A DNA stretch of 64,000 nt, taken from positions 39,684-103,683 of the forward strand of contig MCFE01000281.1 in NCBI GenBank assembly GCA_002104905.1, written 5' to 3'. The notes under the pieces are model-generated. The model searched no databases, was not told where the DNA came from, and worked only from the letters and a program-made list of their open reading frames with translations. A program made the translations under genes and the position numbers. The stretch comes from Basidiobolus meristosporus CBS 931.73. Taxonomy: Eukaryota > Fungi > Basidiobolomycota. Positions 50,653 to 62,895 of this stretch are shown here, piece by piece; position 1 is the first letter of the stretch, and every line of letters starts with the position of its first letter.

Positions 50653-50856
50653 TCAATGAAGGGTTTGGTTGCAAGTCTGTGAGTTCAAATGGTCACTGGA
50701 GCTCCCTGACAGCCTCACATTGGACTGTTCACTACAAGAGTGCAGGGTTCTGAGGCTGGGCTTCCTGCTGGGCCAAGACTTGACAAAGTAGCCTGGCCAG
50801 CCACAGTATGGACAGTGGTTTGCCTTTTGACATCTGGATCTTTTATCTGTTGTCAA
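50653..50856 (-). pseudogene. Possible retrotransposon gag zinc-knuckle relic
   Basis: RCQKANHCPYCGWPGYFVKSW resembles a decayed CCHC knuckle; no other support. Confidence 0.35.
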
Positions 50857-50859
50857 TTT

Positions 50860-52430
50860 CTATTGTAAGAGTTTTAGATATGTTGAAGATGGCTGGAAGA
50901 ATAAATAGATCATGGCATTCTTGTTTCATGATTCACTAAATGTATATCACTATTCTTACTTTTACAAAGTCTTAGTAAAACAAACACGTAGAATATGCTT
51001 AGGAAGAACCTAATAACATGCTTGCAAAGCTTGGGGCAGCTTGGACAACTTTATGAAGTCAAATGCTCTGAGCTCAGGCAAAGACATTTCAGCTGAATTG
51101 TAGCAAGAAATATAGTCAGAGTTCTCTAAGATCTGCAGGCAATATTCTAAGCAACTAAGTAAGGTCAGTGTCTAAGTGAAATAACAAATAACTCAGCATT
51201 CCCACTCAACTCAATGTTTGTGTGTCTTGTAAGAGTCTTGGAGATACTGGAAGTGCTTGGGAAGACAAGTACATTATGTAGCTTTCACTTCATGATTTAT
51301 AGAATGTATAAGTAATAATTTCTCATTTACAATGTCTTTGCATAACAAACACCTAGCATAGATTTTGGAAGGTCCCAAGAGCATGTGCGCAAGGTTTGGA
51401 GTTGTTTAGACATTTTTGAGGATTTTCATGTTCTGGGTACCTGATATTGTGGTGAAAATATATCAAGTATATCCTGACAAGGAATGTAGTCAGTATTCTC
51501 TAGAGTTTGAAGGTAATGATCTAAGTGACTTCACTTAATGAATACTTAGGTGAAATTACAAATTTTTACAACAATGTTTACTAGACCAAATTGCAATTTA
51601 AAATATTTAATTTGTCTTTGGCTTATGATCCAGCTAGTATGTCAGCAGTCATTTCAACTAGAGCACAGTAGAGGAAGCTAGCTATGCTATTTGCTGGAGC
51701 TTTTATGTAAGAAAATGTTGGAGGGGCTTTGTGACTTAAGCCTTACACTTGAGATGCTTTTGTAACCACATTGCTTGCTCTGAGTATTGCTGGGCTGCAA
51801 TATACCTGGCATCTGTGAAGGAAAGTGCTATGGTTGGTTGCGTTCTAGAATTTCATGAAGTTCCTCCTTGATGGCAAAGAAATTGTATGATGTGGTGGAT
51901 TATCTGTTGATTAGAATTTGTCCCCAATATGAGCATGCTAAGAGATCCTGTTGAGAGTTCTTTTAGGCATTCCATATGTATATTTCAACAGTTCCTTAAA
52001 GTATTTGAAGATAGGTTTAACTACCGCAATATGCTAGGATCTGTAGTTTTAGTTTTGTAGGCTGACAACTCTCATTGAGTATGAGAAATCTGGATGTGCT
52101 CTAAGCATATTACATTAGAAACTGTCAACCTATAATTAGTCAGGGGAATATGGGCTTTCAGACAGAACTGTGCTCTTTTGATGTGATTTAGTTTTGACCA
52201 AGCCAAGGCTTGTCTTCATTAGAAGGTTTTCTGCTTACAATCTTCAGTATGGTGCTCTTTAAGTATATCTTGATAAAACTTAGACTGACTCAGGGTGGTG
52301 GTCTGTGTATATCTGTCTGTGGGGACTATATCTTGTACTTGTGAAGCCTTCCATCCAGCAAGGAGAATGCATATATTAGTTATGTACCAAAAAGTATTTT
52401 GCTGATATTCAGATGTAATCATAACTATAG
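50860..52430 (-). mobile_element. Decayed copia A1 LTR copies and RT/RNase H relics
   Basis: LTR-like blocks at about 50870-51200 and 51227-51572, followed by reverse-complement RNase H/RT sequence similar to 7624-8460. Confidence 0.65.
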
Positions 52431-52523
52431 CAGTGACAACAAAGCATATACTTGCAAGATGTATATGTTACCAGCAATGCAAAGTATATGGAAAATTTGT
52501 AGGTATTAAGCTCTAGAGCTGCA

Positions 52524-53640
52524 TCCTATGACAAATAACTTGGTCCCACAGGTGGATCCAATCCAGATCAGCCATCAGGATACCATCAAGAGACCATCAT
52601 AATACCAGCAGCTTGAAATTAGTGACCCCCTTAACAATTTATAACAGGATCATGATGGTGTTTTGCTAATTTTACTACTAAATACAGGGATAAAACTTGA
52701 CAAAACTTAATTGGTGCTGTGACAAAAGTTGCATGGTATTGTTGCGGTCTTTTAATGCTCTACAACAAATTTAAGTGGATCCAACCAGCCAGGACATCCA
52801 ATTGCCTTACATAGCAAGAAACTTGACAGTATTCTGACAGCCCCACACCAAAACTCTGATGGCATAACATTGGCAGTATGATGGCCTACAGCTGGTTCTG
52901 TAAAATACCATCATTCCAATTTACCAAACGGTATTTTCTTTTTCTACCTCCTGTTGGGCAATTCACATATTCCACTGTGGAATCACCTTTCTTTATTTCC
53001 TTACCCACTACTACCTTCTGTATTGCACATAGAGCTTGAATCAAAAAAAAACTATGGCCTCCTGCTTACTAACCTCCACAAATGCGCACACCTGCCACAA
53101 TTGACATACTTCTATCACCTCAACTTTACAGCTTTTTAGTGTAATACTTGCAAAGTTGCCATATACCATGTCTTGCTGGTAATATGTACATCTTGCAAGC
53201 ATATGCTTGGTTGTTGGCACTTCTGCCATGAATACCTCCTGAATATCTACAAAGAACTTTTTGGTTTTTAGCCAATGTATTCCTTCTCCCTTCTGGATTC
53301 TAGTCCCCCTTATAGGAGCGCTCTAGCTTTTATTTGTGTGAATCCTGTATTGAATGGTGTAGAAGTTGGCTTGTGACCAAGAGAAATCCAGCATACCTTG
53401 GTAATATTGTTAATATAAATTAGTTGCTTGTTGTACCCAACCCAACCTTGTATTACTTAACTGAGTACCCATGCATTGGGGCTGCTAAGCTTCTTAATAC
53501 CATAGGCATAGGTGTCTCAATGTGCACATTTGTGCTTGGTATTTTCCTACTCTTCCTAGCTGTCCTCCATATGCCAACTAATCACATCCATCATGGACTC
53601 AAAGGTAATATTCTTGATGAGATTGGGATATGGTAGCACA
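52524..53640. mobile_element. CACTA-like terminal fragment (transposase 3' end)
   Basis: Begins TCCTATGACAAATAACTTGGTCCC; aligns with 54500-55690. Confidence 0.8.
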
Positions 53641-54499
53641 TGCTGCAAGAGTCTTGGAGATATTGGAAGTTATTGGGAGGACAAGTAGATTATGTGGTTT
53701 TCACTTAATGATTTGTTGAATGTAAAAGTAGTATTTACACTTTTACCTGGTGTTGGCATTTCAAACACACAGAATAGGTCAAGGAAGGTCCCAAGAGCAT
53801 ATGTGCAAAGTTTGGGGCTGTTTGGACAACTCTGAGAATTTTCATGTTCTGGGTATCTGGTATTTTGGTGAAAATATTCTAAGTAAATCCCAACCAGGAG
53901 TTTGGTCGGAATTCTCTAGGATATGAAGGTAATGATCTAAGTGACCAAGTTAGGTGAATATATAGGTGGAAATACAAGTTTTCACAACACTTCCACTCAG
54001 CTAAATGTTCATACTTCTTTAGTATATCTTGAATATACTTGGATTGGCTTAGGGTGATAGTCTGGGTACTTCTGTCTATGGAGAACTTAATCCCTAAGTA
54101 GTAACTAAGTTCTCCTAGATTGGACATCTTGAACTCCTTAGATAGGCTGGATTTAGTCTCTTCCAATGTTTCTAGGTTATTGGAGGCTATAATAAGATCA
54201 TCCACATATAGAGCTAATAGAACTGGATTTGCTCTATCTGTTTATAATATATACTATAGTCAGCATTACTCCTTTTGAAACTCAAAGGTTTGAAATACAA
54301 ATCTGTCTTGCAATTCCAGGCTCTTAGTGATCGTTTGAGACCATATAGTGACTTTTTAAGCTTGCAGGCCAAATGGGGGTTATCTTGGTCAGCAAGCCCA
54401 TCAGGCTGGTCCATATACACATCCTCATCAGGTTCTTCACTCAAAAATGCAGCTTTTACATCCATTTGATGCATAAAAGACTTATATTTGGCTGCAATA
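53641..54499 (-). mobile_element. Copia A1 LTR (53641-53989) plus deleted RT relic
   Basis: Reverse-complement LTR, PPT CTTCCACTCAG, and ORFs 53879-54205 and 54214-54474 (HQMDVKAAF, MDDLII). Confidence 0.85.
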
Positions 54500-55643
54500 C
54501 CCTATGAAAAATAATTTGGTCCCACAGGTGGATCCAATGCAGATCATCTGTCAAGATCCTGTTCAGAGACCATCATAATAACAGCAGCTTGGAATTAGTG
54601 ACCCTCCTGACAATCTTATAACAAGATCATGACGGTATTTTTTGAATTTTACAGCCAAATAAAGGGATAAAACTTGACAACTTTTGATTGGTGCTGTGAC
54701 AATATTTGCATGTTATTGTTGCGGTCTTTCAGCGCTCTATTACTATTTTAAGTGGATCCAGTTGGCCAGGACTTCCAATTGCCTTATATGGCAAGATACT
54801 TGACGGTATTTTGACAGCCTCACAGCAAGACTCTGATGGCTTTTTCTTGGCAGTATGACAGCCTGCTGCTGGTTCTGTATAATGCTATTGCACCAATTTA
54901 CCAAATGGTATTTCCTTTTCTACCACCCCTGGTGCAATTCATATATTCCACTGTAGAATAACCCTTCTTTATTTGCTTACCCACTACTACCTTGGGTATT
55001 TCACATAGTTCAAATCAAAAAAACCATGGCCTCCTGCTTACTAACCTCTACAACACGCACACCTGCCGCAATTGACATACTTCTATCAGCTCAACTTTAC
55101 GGCTTCTTAGTGTGATACTTGCAAAGTTGCCATATACCTTGTACTGCTGGAAGCATATACTTCTTGCAAACATATGCTTTGTTGTTGCCACTTCTGCCAT
55201 GAATACCTCCGGAATATTGGCAAAGAACTTCTTGGTATTTAGCCAATATATTCCTTCTCCCTGCTGGATTCTAGTCCCCCTTATAGGTGCGCTCTAGCTT
55301 TTGTTTGTGTGAATTCCAAATTGAATGGTGTAGAAGTTGGCTTGTGACTACAAGAAATCTGGCATATCTTGGTGGAGTTTTCATGATAAAAATTTGTATG
55401 AAAACTGTATTAAATGCTGTAGAAGTTGGCTTGCAACCAAGAGAAATCCTGCATACTTTTATAGGGTTTTCCTAATAAAAATTAGCTGCTTGTTGCACCC
55501 AACCCAACTCTGCATTACATAACTGATAACCCACACATTGGGGCTGCTTAGCTTCTTAATGCCATAGGCATAGGTGTCTCCATGTGCACATTTGGCCTCA
55601 GTATTTTCCAACTCTTTCTGGCTGTCCTCCATGTGCCAACTCA

Positions 55644-57743
55644 TCACATCTTGAAGGTAATATTCTTGATGAGATTGGGATATGGTAGTACCTGCAACTT
55701 GACTTGTCTTCCTATCTCCCCACACATCCGCTCCATAGGAAACTCCCAAAACGTGAAGCAAGGCCCAATATTGTCCACACACCATGCAAGATGGAGTAGA
55801 GAATGGATGCAGTAGCAGCAGAGATCTACACATTCAGCATTATGTTTGTAGTATAGCCACTCAAATCCTGTCACAAACTCCTCACACAACAGCTGTAGAT
55901 GCGTCAAGTTGGCATTGGTGATCTGCTTCTGGATAAATATTCCTACAATGTCCACATATGACTCCCAATGCTTCCAATGTACTCTTGGTAGGAATAGCTT
56001 CAGAACACCACTTGAATAAATACATATCCAGTTCATCCAGTCTTTGCATTTGTATTGTTGCATATGCATATGAATATTATTTAGAGCCTGTGAGAAGTAC
56101 TTAGGGTAGCAGATACCCTGTAATATCTTGCCAGTTTTTTCAAATTTCTCTGGTATCTCAAAGTGCTCATTTAGCTTGAAATGCCCAATGTACAACTTGG
56201 TCATCAGTATAGGGATATTGTTGAAAAGCAAATGCATTTCTCCCAGTGGAAAGCTTTTACTCCAACAGATACCCTCTATCTTAAGTATCCCTGGTTTCCA
56301 ATTGATTCCATATTCCAGCCAATGGCTTATAGCTTGCCAACTTTGCTGCAATTGCATGCTTACTTCTGTATGTTCTCTCTGTGGAAAGATGATGTTTTTA
56401 GTGCTGGTGTTTGGGTAATAATCATGTGTGTGAGTTATGGAGTAAATCCCCTGGATCTCACACATTTGACAGCAATACCATCCATTGTGCCTGGAAAAAA
56501 CCTGCTATCTTGCTGATGGCTGGGGTATCTCCAATGCAGATAATAATATGCGCTTTTACATGACAGCCATTTACCATTATCTGCTGGAAAGCATACAGAA
56601 TTCATTCAGCAATAGATACAGGTAGCTATCCAGGTTGGATGGTGATTTAGGCCCAGATACCAGTGAGACTACCATCAGATTATTGCTCTGATACCATTAG
56701 ATGGGCAGCAGATTAAGATTGATGAGAATCAGTGGCCAGCAGGATTTGCTGGTAGAGTACTTGTTTAATGAGAATCCATCAAGTGCTAAAGCAAAGGCAT
56801 GGTCATACATACCTTCAAAGTAGCCCTTGCTTCTTAGCTGTTTGTAATATTTGCCATCAAATATATCAGATATGTTTGTGCTTGATTGATACTGAGTGTG
56901 GTACAGTATAGCTTTGCAATATTTGTTGGACTACATCAGCTTCCTTAGACAAGGTATGACCAGAATATATCCAGAGTGTGAACAATGTTTTCCCTCAATG
57001 GTGGCGGATTCCTGACAATTTGGACATGTTGTAATGGTAGCATTTTTGTATGGGAATGCCATACAACTGTTAACACATGCTGGAATCAGGACAGTCTCTA
57101 GATCATATGTTGCCAGCTGCATGACGGTTGTCCACTTGTACTATGTACATGGTAAGTTGCATCCCGGTATAATTTTGGCAAGAAGTTGTAATAAATCCTC
57201 AAAGCCCCCATTACAGATATTAGTGGAAACATGCCACTTCTCTAGCCACAACATCACATCATTCACCAGTAGATGGATTACTGGGCTTACTTGGCTCCAT
57301 AAATTATCCTTGGCATTTGTCTCAATGGGTGTTGTCTCATTATATATAGGGATTTGACCGGGCTCATACATGGTACTGTTGTTAGGGGAGATAGGCTTAA
57401 AATCCATCAGTGAACCTTCTTTGTCAGAGCTATCACTCTGCATGCCATATTTAGAAGGCTGAGGTGAGCCTAAAGGCGTCACAAACTCACCTGACTCAGT
57501 TTGCGCAAGGTGACAAAGATGGCCAGGTGCCAATATAGAAGTATCAACTGGCCAGCAAGATAATGTTGGTACAGTAGTGACCAATGAATGGTCAAATATG
57601 ACTTGGGTGGCAAAACACTGGCTGTGATCCTTGTAATACTTCCTATGCTGTCTGCGTGCTTCATGGCTGAGAGGCTTGCCACAATAGCCACATGGTCTTT
57701 TTTCTCTTCTCTTATGGCATTGAGTCAAAGTAGTCCTGTCCAT
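55644..57743 (-). pseudogene. CACTA (tnp2 / Transposase_21-type) DDE transposase with several stops and a frameshift; coding relic probably extends to about 54900
   Basis: ACVNSCMAF..CPNC, DIFDG, ALDGF, WPLILINLNL, SGPKSP..LDSYL, GDTPAISK, HNG..CCQMCE, EMHLLFNN, HSLLHL..NIGP..WEFPMERMCG. Confidence 0.9.
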
Positions 57744-57965
57744 GGGGCAAACAGTTTGACCTTCAACAACATAACGCTATTATATCACTTTTTGGTCAAT
57801 ACTCATGTGAACTTAAGACAGTCTTGTATTTGAGACATTGCACCTACATGAATGTAACATTCAATGATGACCCGCCATAGTAAGCAGTATAAATAAAGTT
57901 GTGGCACCACAAACACATGTATATGTAACACTATCTCCCCTTTGGTTTGACTCACTTCCATATAT
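57744..57965. promoter_or_regulatory. Putative bidirectional promoter of the CACTA-like element
   Basis: A ~220-bp spacer between divergent starts, conserved in the copies near 14250-14430 and 36740-36890; TATAAATA at about 57888. Confidence 0.45.
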
Positions 57966-59381
57966 ATGCCACCAAAAAATAAAGCAAAGTCATCTGGTTC
58001 TCAACCAAACCCCACCACTGACGGCAACAGAAGAACGGTTGGACAACAGCTTGCTTTGACATTCAGTGCAACAAGCAGGGCTACATCCAAAAAAGGCCCT
58101 GTGGACAGTGTGCCCATTGAAGGTAATAATGTGGACTCCTCAGGCTCTCAGTCAAGTAGGCAATTGAGAACCTCTGCAGAGCCACAAGCTGACCATTATG
58201 CTCAGGCAGATGAGAATGTAGCAAACACAGTACCCTCTGTTGAAGATCAGCAAGTGGCCATGATAACATCACCACCACCCATATTAGCAAGTATGTTGTC
58301 AGCTCATACCAAAGCATTAATGAAGCAATTAGGTGCAGTGGCTGATAGCATAGATGCAATGGCCCAGAGAAATCAGGAAGTAGTCCAGAAACAGGATGAG
58401 CGGATAATACATGTCAAGCAATCAATATCCCAGGTAGAGAAAGCAGTATCTTTGCTGCAAAGAAGGAACTCAAGTAGCTCAATGTCACAGCCAAGAATTG
58501 AGCCATTTCCCAATGTAACAGCAGAGGAACACCGTACAGTCTTTGAAGCACAACAACAGTGCCCAAAGATAAAGCCCACAGAAAAACCTATCACAGCATG
58601 GGAGGGAGACAATGTGGTATTTAGACCAAAGCCTAAAAATCAAAAGACATTGAAGATCTGTGAAGCTGTTGAGTGCAATAATGAAGAGTGGGCTAATATA
58701 CAAGAGGCCGTCAGAAGTCTAGCACGCCATCACTTTAAGGCTGGCATACCATGGGACCATCAGAAACTCAAGGCCAAGCAGAATGCACTTGACTTGTTCC
58801 ATGAGCATTATCCTGGATTCAAACAGGCAAATGGATATTGGGCCCGCATTGGTATGCTAAGAATGTATCTTAGGAATAGCAGAAACTATCAAAAGCAGAA
58901 GAACAGGGGTGCCATGGCTAAAAACCAGCAGCTTCCTCAAGAGCCTGTTATAAGCAGGGCCAAAAGCTCCAGACAAGCATCAAAGAGACGTCAGGCAGCT
59001 GGAAGAGTGCCAATTAAGGACAAGCTGGCAGACATGGATGTACCAGCACAACATTTATCAAGGAAAAAGTGTAGTAACACTCAAGAAGCACCCAGTCAAA
59101 GTAGCAGTGAAGGACCTGGCAGTGATAAAAACCAGCCGCTTTTACAGGAGCCCATCACAACTATGGCTGAGAGCTCAGAACAAGCTGAAAAGAAATGTCA
59201 GGTTGCCATAAGAGTGCTAGTAAGGGACAAACAGGCCAAAACAGATGTGTCAGAGCAGAATTTATTAAGCAGAAAATGCAGCTCTTTACAAGAAGCACTC
59301 AGACAAAATAGCAGTGAAAGACCTGGCAGCAATAAAGGGAAAGTTAAAGGGATAAATGTCCACCCAAGCCTGAGACAATGA
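57966..59381 (+). CDS. CACTA-associated ORF2 of unknown function (471 aa open; reconstructs to ~648 aa ending at 59912)
   Basis: A long open frame. ORF 59385-59756 is in the same frame after a TGA. The sister copy 6767-7105 reads through the TAA at 59754. Homologues occur in at least four other copies. Confidence 0.8.
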   Translation: MPPKNKAKSSGSQPNPTTDGNRRTVGQQLALTFSATSRATSKKGPVDSVPIEGNNVDSSGSQSSRQLRTSAEPQADHYAQADENVANTVPSVEDQQVAMITSPPPILASMLSAHTKALMKQLGAVADSIDAMAQRNQEVVQKQDERIIHVKQSISQVEKAVSLLQRRNSSSSMSQPRIEPFPNVTAEEHRTVFEAQQQCPKIKPTEKPITAWEGDNVVFRPKPKNQKTLKICEAVECNNEEWANIQEAVRSLARHHFKAGIPWDHQKLKAKQNALDLFHEHYPGFKQANGYWARIGMLRMYLRNSRNYQKQKNRGAMAKNQQLPQEPVISRAKSSRQASKRRQAAGRVPIKDKLADMDVPAQHLSRKKCSNTQEAPSQSSSEGPGSDKNQPLLQEPITTMAESSEQAEKKCQVAIRVLVRDKQAKTDVSEQNLLSRKCSSLQEALRQNSSERPGSNKGKVKGINVHPSLRQ

Positions 59382-60633
59382 GGCATGCAAATGAAACTGC
59401 AGTTCTTGCCAATTAATGCCACATGCCCAGAACAGACTGAATTCTGTCACAGCCAAGAAGAATTACCAACAAGAAAGCAGCTGTTTTCACAAGAGTTGGA
59501 ATCTCAGCCAGTTGAGCTACACTCCAGCAAGGTAGATGAGTTTGCCAAAAGCAACTTGTCTACCACAGCCTCCACGTCCTCCATTGTTGACAGAGTGGAG
59601 ATCCCTCTGACAGAAAAGACTACAATGTCAAGAGCTCAAAAGACTATCACAATGCCTTCAGTGGAATTTTGGAACACTAATAAGCACACCAAGAGGTTGC
59701 AGCACTTTTTCACAAGTAGTGCTCAAGAAAATGCACCGGAATATTGCAAGGATTAATTGCAAAGCCTGGCAGATGAGGTGCTAGACCTTGCAGTGCTGGC
59801 TGAAGACCAGGATGTGAGAGAACCAGTGACTGAACAGTGGCATAAAGCTGTTGCATTCCTGCCAAAGTTGTGGAACCAGAGTGTTACAGCAGAAATACTT
59901 GTTGAGTGGTAGATTTTAATGGAGTTTCTTGTTGAGTGTGGGGTTGGGCTAAATTTTAGTATAGGGTATAGGGACTTGTATAGGTCAATACAACTGGCAA
60001 TTGAGGTACAACTGAAGTTTCAACGGAAATAAATCAATTTGTACGCATGAAAAGTAAGTGTAACAGTCAAGTCAGGAAGTAATGAGTGTGAAAAAGAGGC
60101 AATAGCCTATCAATGCACACAAATGTAGGAGGTGATAGAGTGTCCAGGATCAGAAAGTGAGCAAATTGGTAGGGAACCAATCAAAAGCCACTTATACCTT
60201 GTTTTGATGAGAAATTCTGATTAAGTTTTTTGTGAAATCTGGGGTGCAATTATTTTTCATTGGTCTCTGGATGTTGTCCTTGTTGTAAGAATTTGTAATT
60301 TCACCTAAATATTCACCTAACTTAGTCACTTAGATCATTACCCTCAAATCCTAGAGAATACTGACCAAATTCCTTGTTGGGATTTACTTAGAATATTTTC
60401 ACCAAAATACCAGGTACCCAGAACATGAAAATTCTCAAAGTTGTCCAAACAGCCCCAAACTTTGCACACATGTTCTTGGGACCCTCCTTAAACTATTCTA
60501 CATGTTTGTAATGCCAAGACCAGGTAAAAGTATAAATACTACTTTTACATTCAATAAATTGTTAAGTGAAAACCACATAATCTACTTGTTCTCCCAATCA
60601 CTTCCAATATCTCCAAGACTCTTATAACAGGCT

Positions 60634-62895
60634 ATGAGCCCTGAGCTGTCACTCACTGCAATGTCTACTACTGCTATAACTGGAATTTCTCCCTCTGCTG
60701 AAAAGTTGGATGGCTCTAACTACCAAGTGTGGAAGGTGAAGATGAAGATGCTGCTACAAGAAAGAGGCCTTTGGGATATTGTCATGGGAGAGGAATGCCC
60801 TCCTAAAAACGTGGGAGAGGAAGCCTTGAAGTACCAGAAGAAAGAACAAAGTGCCTTTAACTGCATTTGCCTTAATGTCAAGGACAAATTGCCAATTCAA
60901 TGCTCAAGAGCAGAAATGGCAAAGAATGCCTGGAAAGCATTAGAAGACACCTACCAGTCATGTTCAGCTGCCAGGAAAATGTATCTGAGACAAGAATTCT
61001 TTACTACAAAGATGCTACCAGGAGAAGAAATGAAAAATCTAATTAACATAGTTACCCTGCTGGTAGATGAGATGGAATCTGTGGGCATACCAACTACTGA
61101 TGAGGATGTGATAGTTACCATCCTGAATAGCCTGACAGACAAGTTTCAAGGCCTTGTATCAGCCCTAGAGTCTAGAACTGAAGATTTGACCTTAAATTAC
61201 GTATATGGAAGGCTCCTGGATGAAGAATTAAGAAAAACAAGCGCCAATAAGAGGGAGGAAAAAAATGCTTTAATAAGCAATGATAACCAACAAAGGAGGT
61301 ACCCAAAACCCTACAAAGGCAACAGCAACCTGTTTTGTAACTACTGCAAAAGGAAAGGACACACATCAGACCGGTGTCTCAAAAAGAAAGATAATCAGCA
61401 AAAGAAGCCTGAATATAGAAATGCTGCAACAACTGAAGATAGACTATTCATTTCTGCACTAAATATGACCACAAACAAGGATTCTCAGATGTGGTATATT
61501 GACTCTGGAGCATCTCAACACTTTACACACCAAAAAGAGCTTTTTACCCAATATCAAGAAATTCCAATTAAGAAGGTTTTCATGGGTGACAATAGAACAC
61601 TTGGTGCAGTGGGAGAAGGAACTATCCAGGTAAGCCTTAGAAGCAGTGAAGAAAGCCATACACTGACCTTCAAAGAAGTACTCTATGTACCAGAAATAGC
61701 TAAGAACCTACTCTCTGTAAGCAAGGCCACAGCAGAAGGACTCAGTTTCAGTTTTGACAATTCTGGATGCAGGATCACTGATCAAAATGGTGCTCATATT
61801 GCTTTGGGCATCAGAGATCAGAATCTATACAAGTTGACTTATATTCCATCATATCTGGAAGCCAATATAAGTAGCTTAAATGAAGAAACACCAATGCTTT
61901 GGCATAGGAGATTTGGACACATCAATTTTGATTATTTGCGTAAAATGATCAAAGATCAGCTAATTTCTGGAGTGAAAATTCATCCCCCAGCTAATTTGGA
62001 GCACTGTGAAGCCTGCATATATGGGAAACAAGCCAGACAACCGTTCAAGAGCTCTGGGCTAATCAAAACTAAGAAAAAATTAGATCTAATTCACTCAGAT
62101 CTGTGTGGACCTATGCAAGATTTATCCTTAGGTGGGATGAAGTATTTTATCACTTTTATTGATGATTATACAAGATACACATGGGTCTACTTCATGGAGA
62201 GAAAGGAAGAAGCCCTGTCTAAGTTCAGGGAGCTTAAAGCCATGGTGGAGAGAGAAACTGGGGAAAAAATCAAGAAAATATGCTCTGACAATGGTGGAGA
62301 ATATACCTCAAAACTCTTCATCCACTTCTGCAGAATTCATGGGATAAAGCAAGAGACTATTGTACCATACTCCCCACAGCAAAATGGAGAAGCAGAACAA
62401 GCTAACAGATCAATAATTGATATGGCAAGATCTATGATCCATGATCAAAAATTATCCTATGATTTTTGGGTGATATCAGTTGCCACTGCTGTATACCTTA
62501 AAAATAGGAGTTATAACAGAATACTTTGTAATTCTACTCCATTTGAAGCATGGCATGGATACAGATCAAGTGCAGAACATCTAAGAATATTTGGGTGTAC
62601 AGCATATGCCAAAAAACTGGCCAGAAATCAGTCAAAATTTGAACCAAGAAGTGTAAAATGCATATTTTTGGGCTACTGCAATGAGAGTAAGTCATACAGA
62701 CTCTACAATACCAAAGCAAAGAAGCTTATCAAGTATGCCTATGCCTATTCAGCTCATATTGATGAACCCCACACTGTAAAAGAGGCCCTAAATAGCCCAC
62801 AGACAAAGTTTTGGAGATCTGCAATGACTGAGGAATATCAGGCCCTGATGGAAGATCAAACTTGGGACTTAGTCAAATTATCAATCAACCAATAA
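60634..62895 (+). CDS. Copia gag-protease-integrase polyprotein (likely start 60661; premature TAA at the start of RT)
   Basis: [14 protein letters not shown] knuckle, [37 protein letters not shown]. Lacks the IN-RT linker present at about 9250-9480. The ATG at 60634 lies inside the PBS. Confidence 0.92.
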   Translation: MSPELSLTAMSTTAITGISPSAEKLDGSNYQVWKVKMKMLLQERGLWDIVMGEECPPKNVGEEALKYQKKEQSAFNCICLNVKDKLPIQCSRAEMAKNAWKALEDTYQSCSAARKMYLRQEFFTTKMLPGEEMKNLINIVTLLVDEMESVGIPTTDEDVIVTILNSLTDKFQGLVSALESRTEDLTLNYVYGRLLDEELRKTSANKREEKNALISNDNQQRRYPKPYKGNSNLFCNYCKRKGHTSDRCLKKKDNQQKKPEYRNAATTEDRLFISALNMTTNKDSQMWYIDSGASQHFTHQKELFTQYQEIPIKKVFMGDNRTLGAVGEGTIQVSLRSSEESHTLTFKEVLYVPEIAKNLLSVSKATAEGLSFSFDNSGCRITDQNGAHIALGIRDQNLYKLTYIPSYLEANISSLNEETPMLWHRRFGHINFDYLRKMIKDQLISGVKIHPPANLEHCEACIYGKQARQPFKSSGLIKTKKKLDLIHSDLCGPMQDLSLGGMKYFITFIDDYTRYTWVYFMERKEEALSKFRELKAMVERETGEKIKKICSDNGGEYTSKLFIHFCRIHGIKQETIVPYSPQQNGEAEQANRSIIDMARSMIHDQKLSYDFWVISVATAVYLKNRSYNRILCNSTPFEAWHGYRSSAEHLRIFGCTAYAKKLARNQSKFEPRSVKCIFLGYCNESKSYRLYNTKAKKLIKYAYAYSAHIDEPHTVKEALNSPQTKFWRSAMTEEYQALMEDQTWDLVKLSINQ

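Larger units (their letters stand above)
54500..60280. mobile_element. Near full-length CACTA/EnSpm-like transposon with CCCTA termini and divergent ORFs; last ~60-80 bp displaced by a copia insertion
   Basis: Terminus CCCTATGAAAAATAATTTGG abuts copia RT at 54499. The distal region 60100-60280 matches 6360-6520, which leads to the opposite terminus at 6297. Confidence 0.85.

Noticed and set aside
55310-55450. About 100-bp local duplication in the CACTA transposase 3' region
   Set aside because: A diverged duplication absent from the 53330-53400 copy; no evidence of function.
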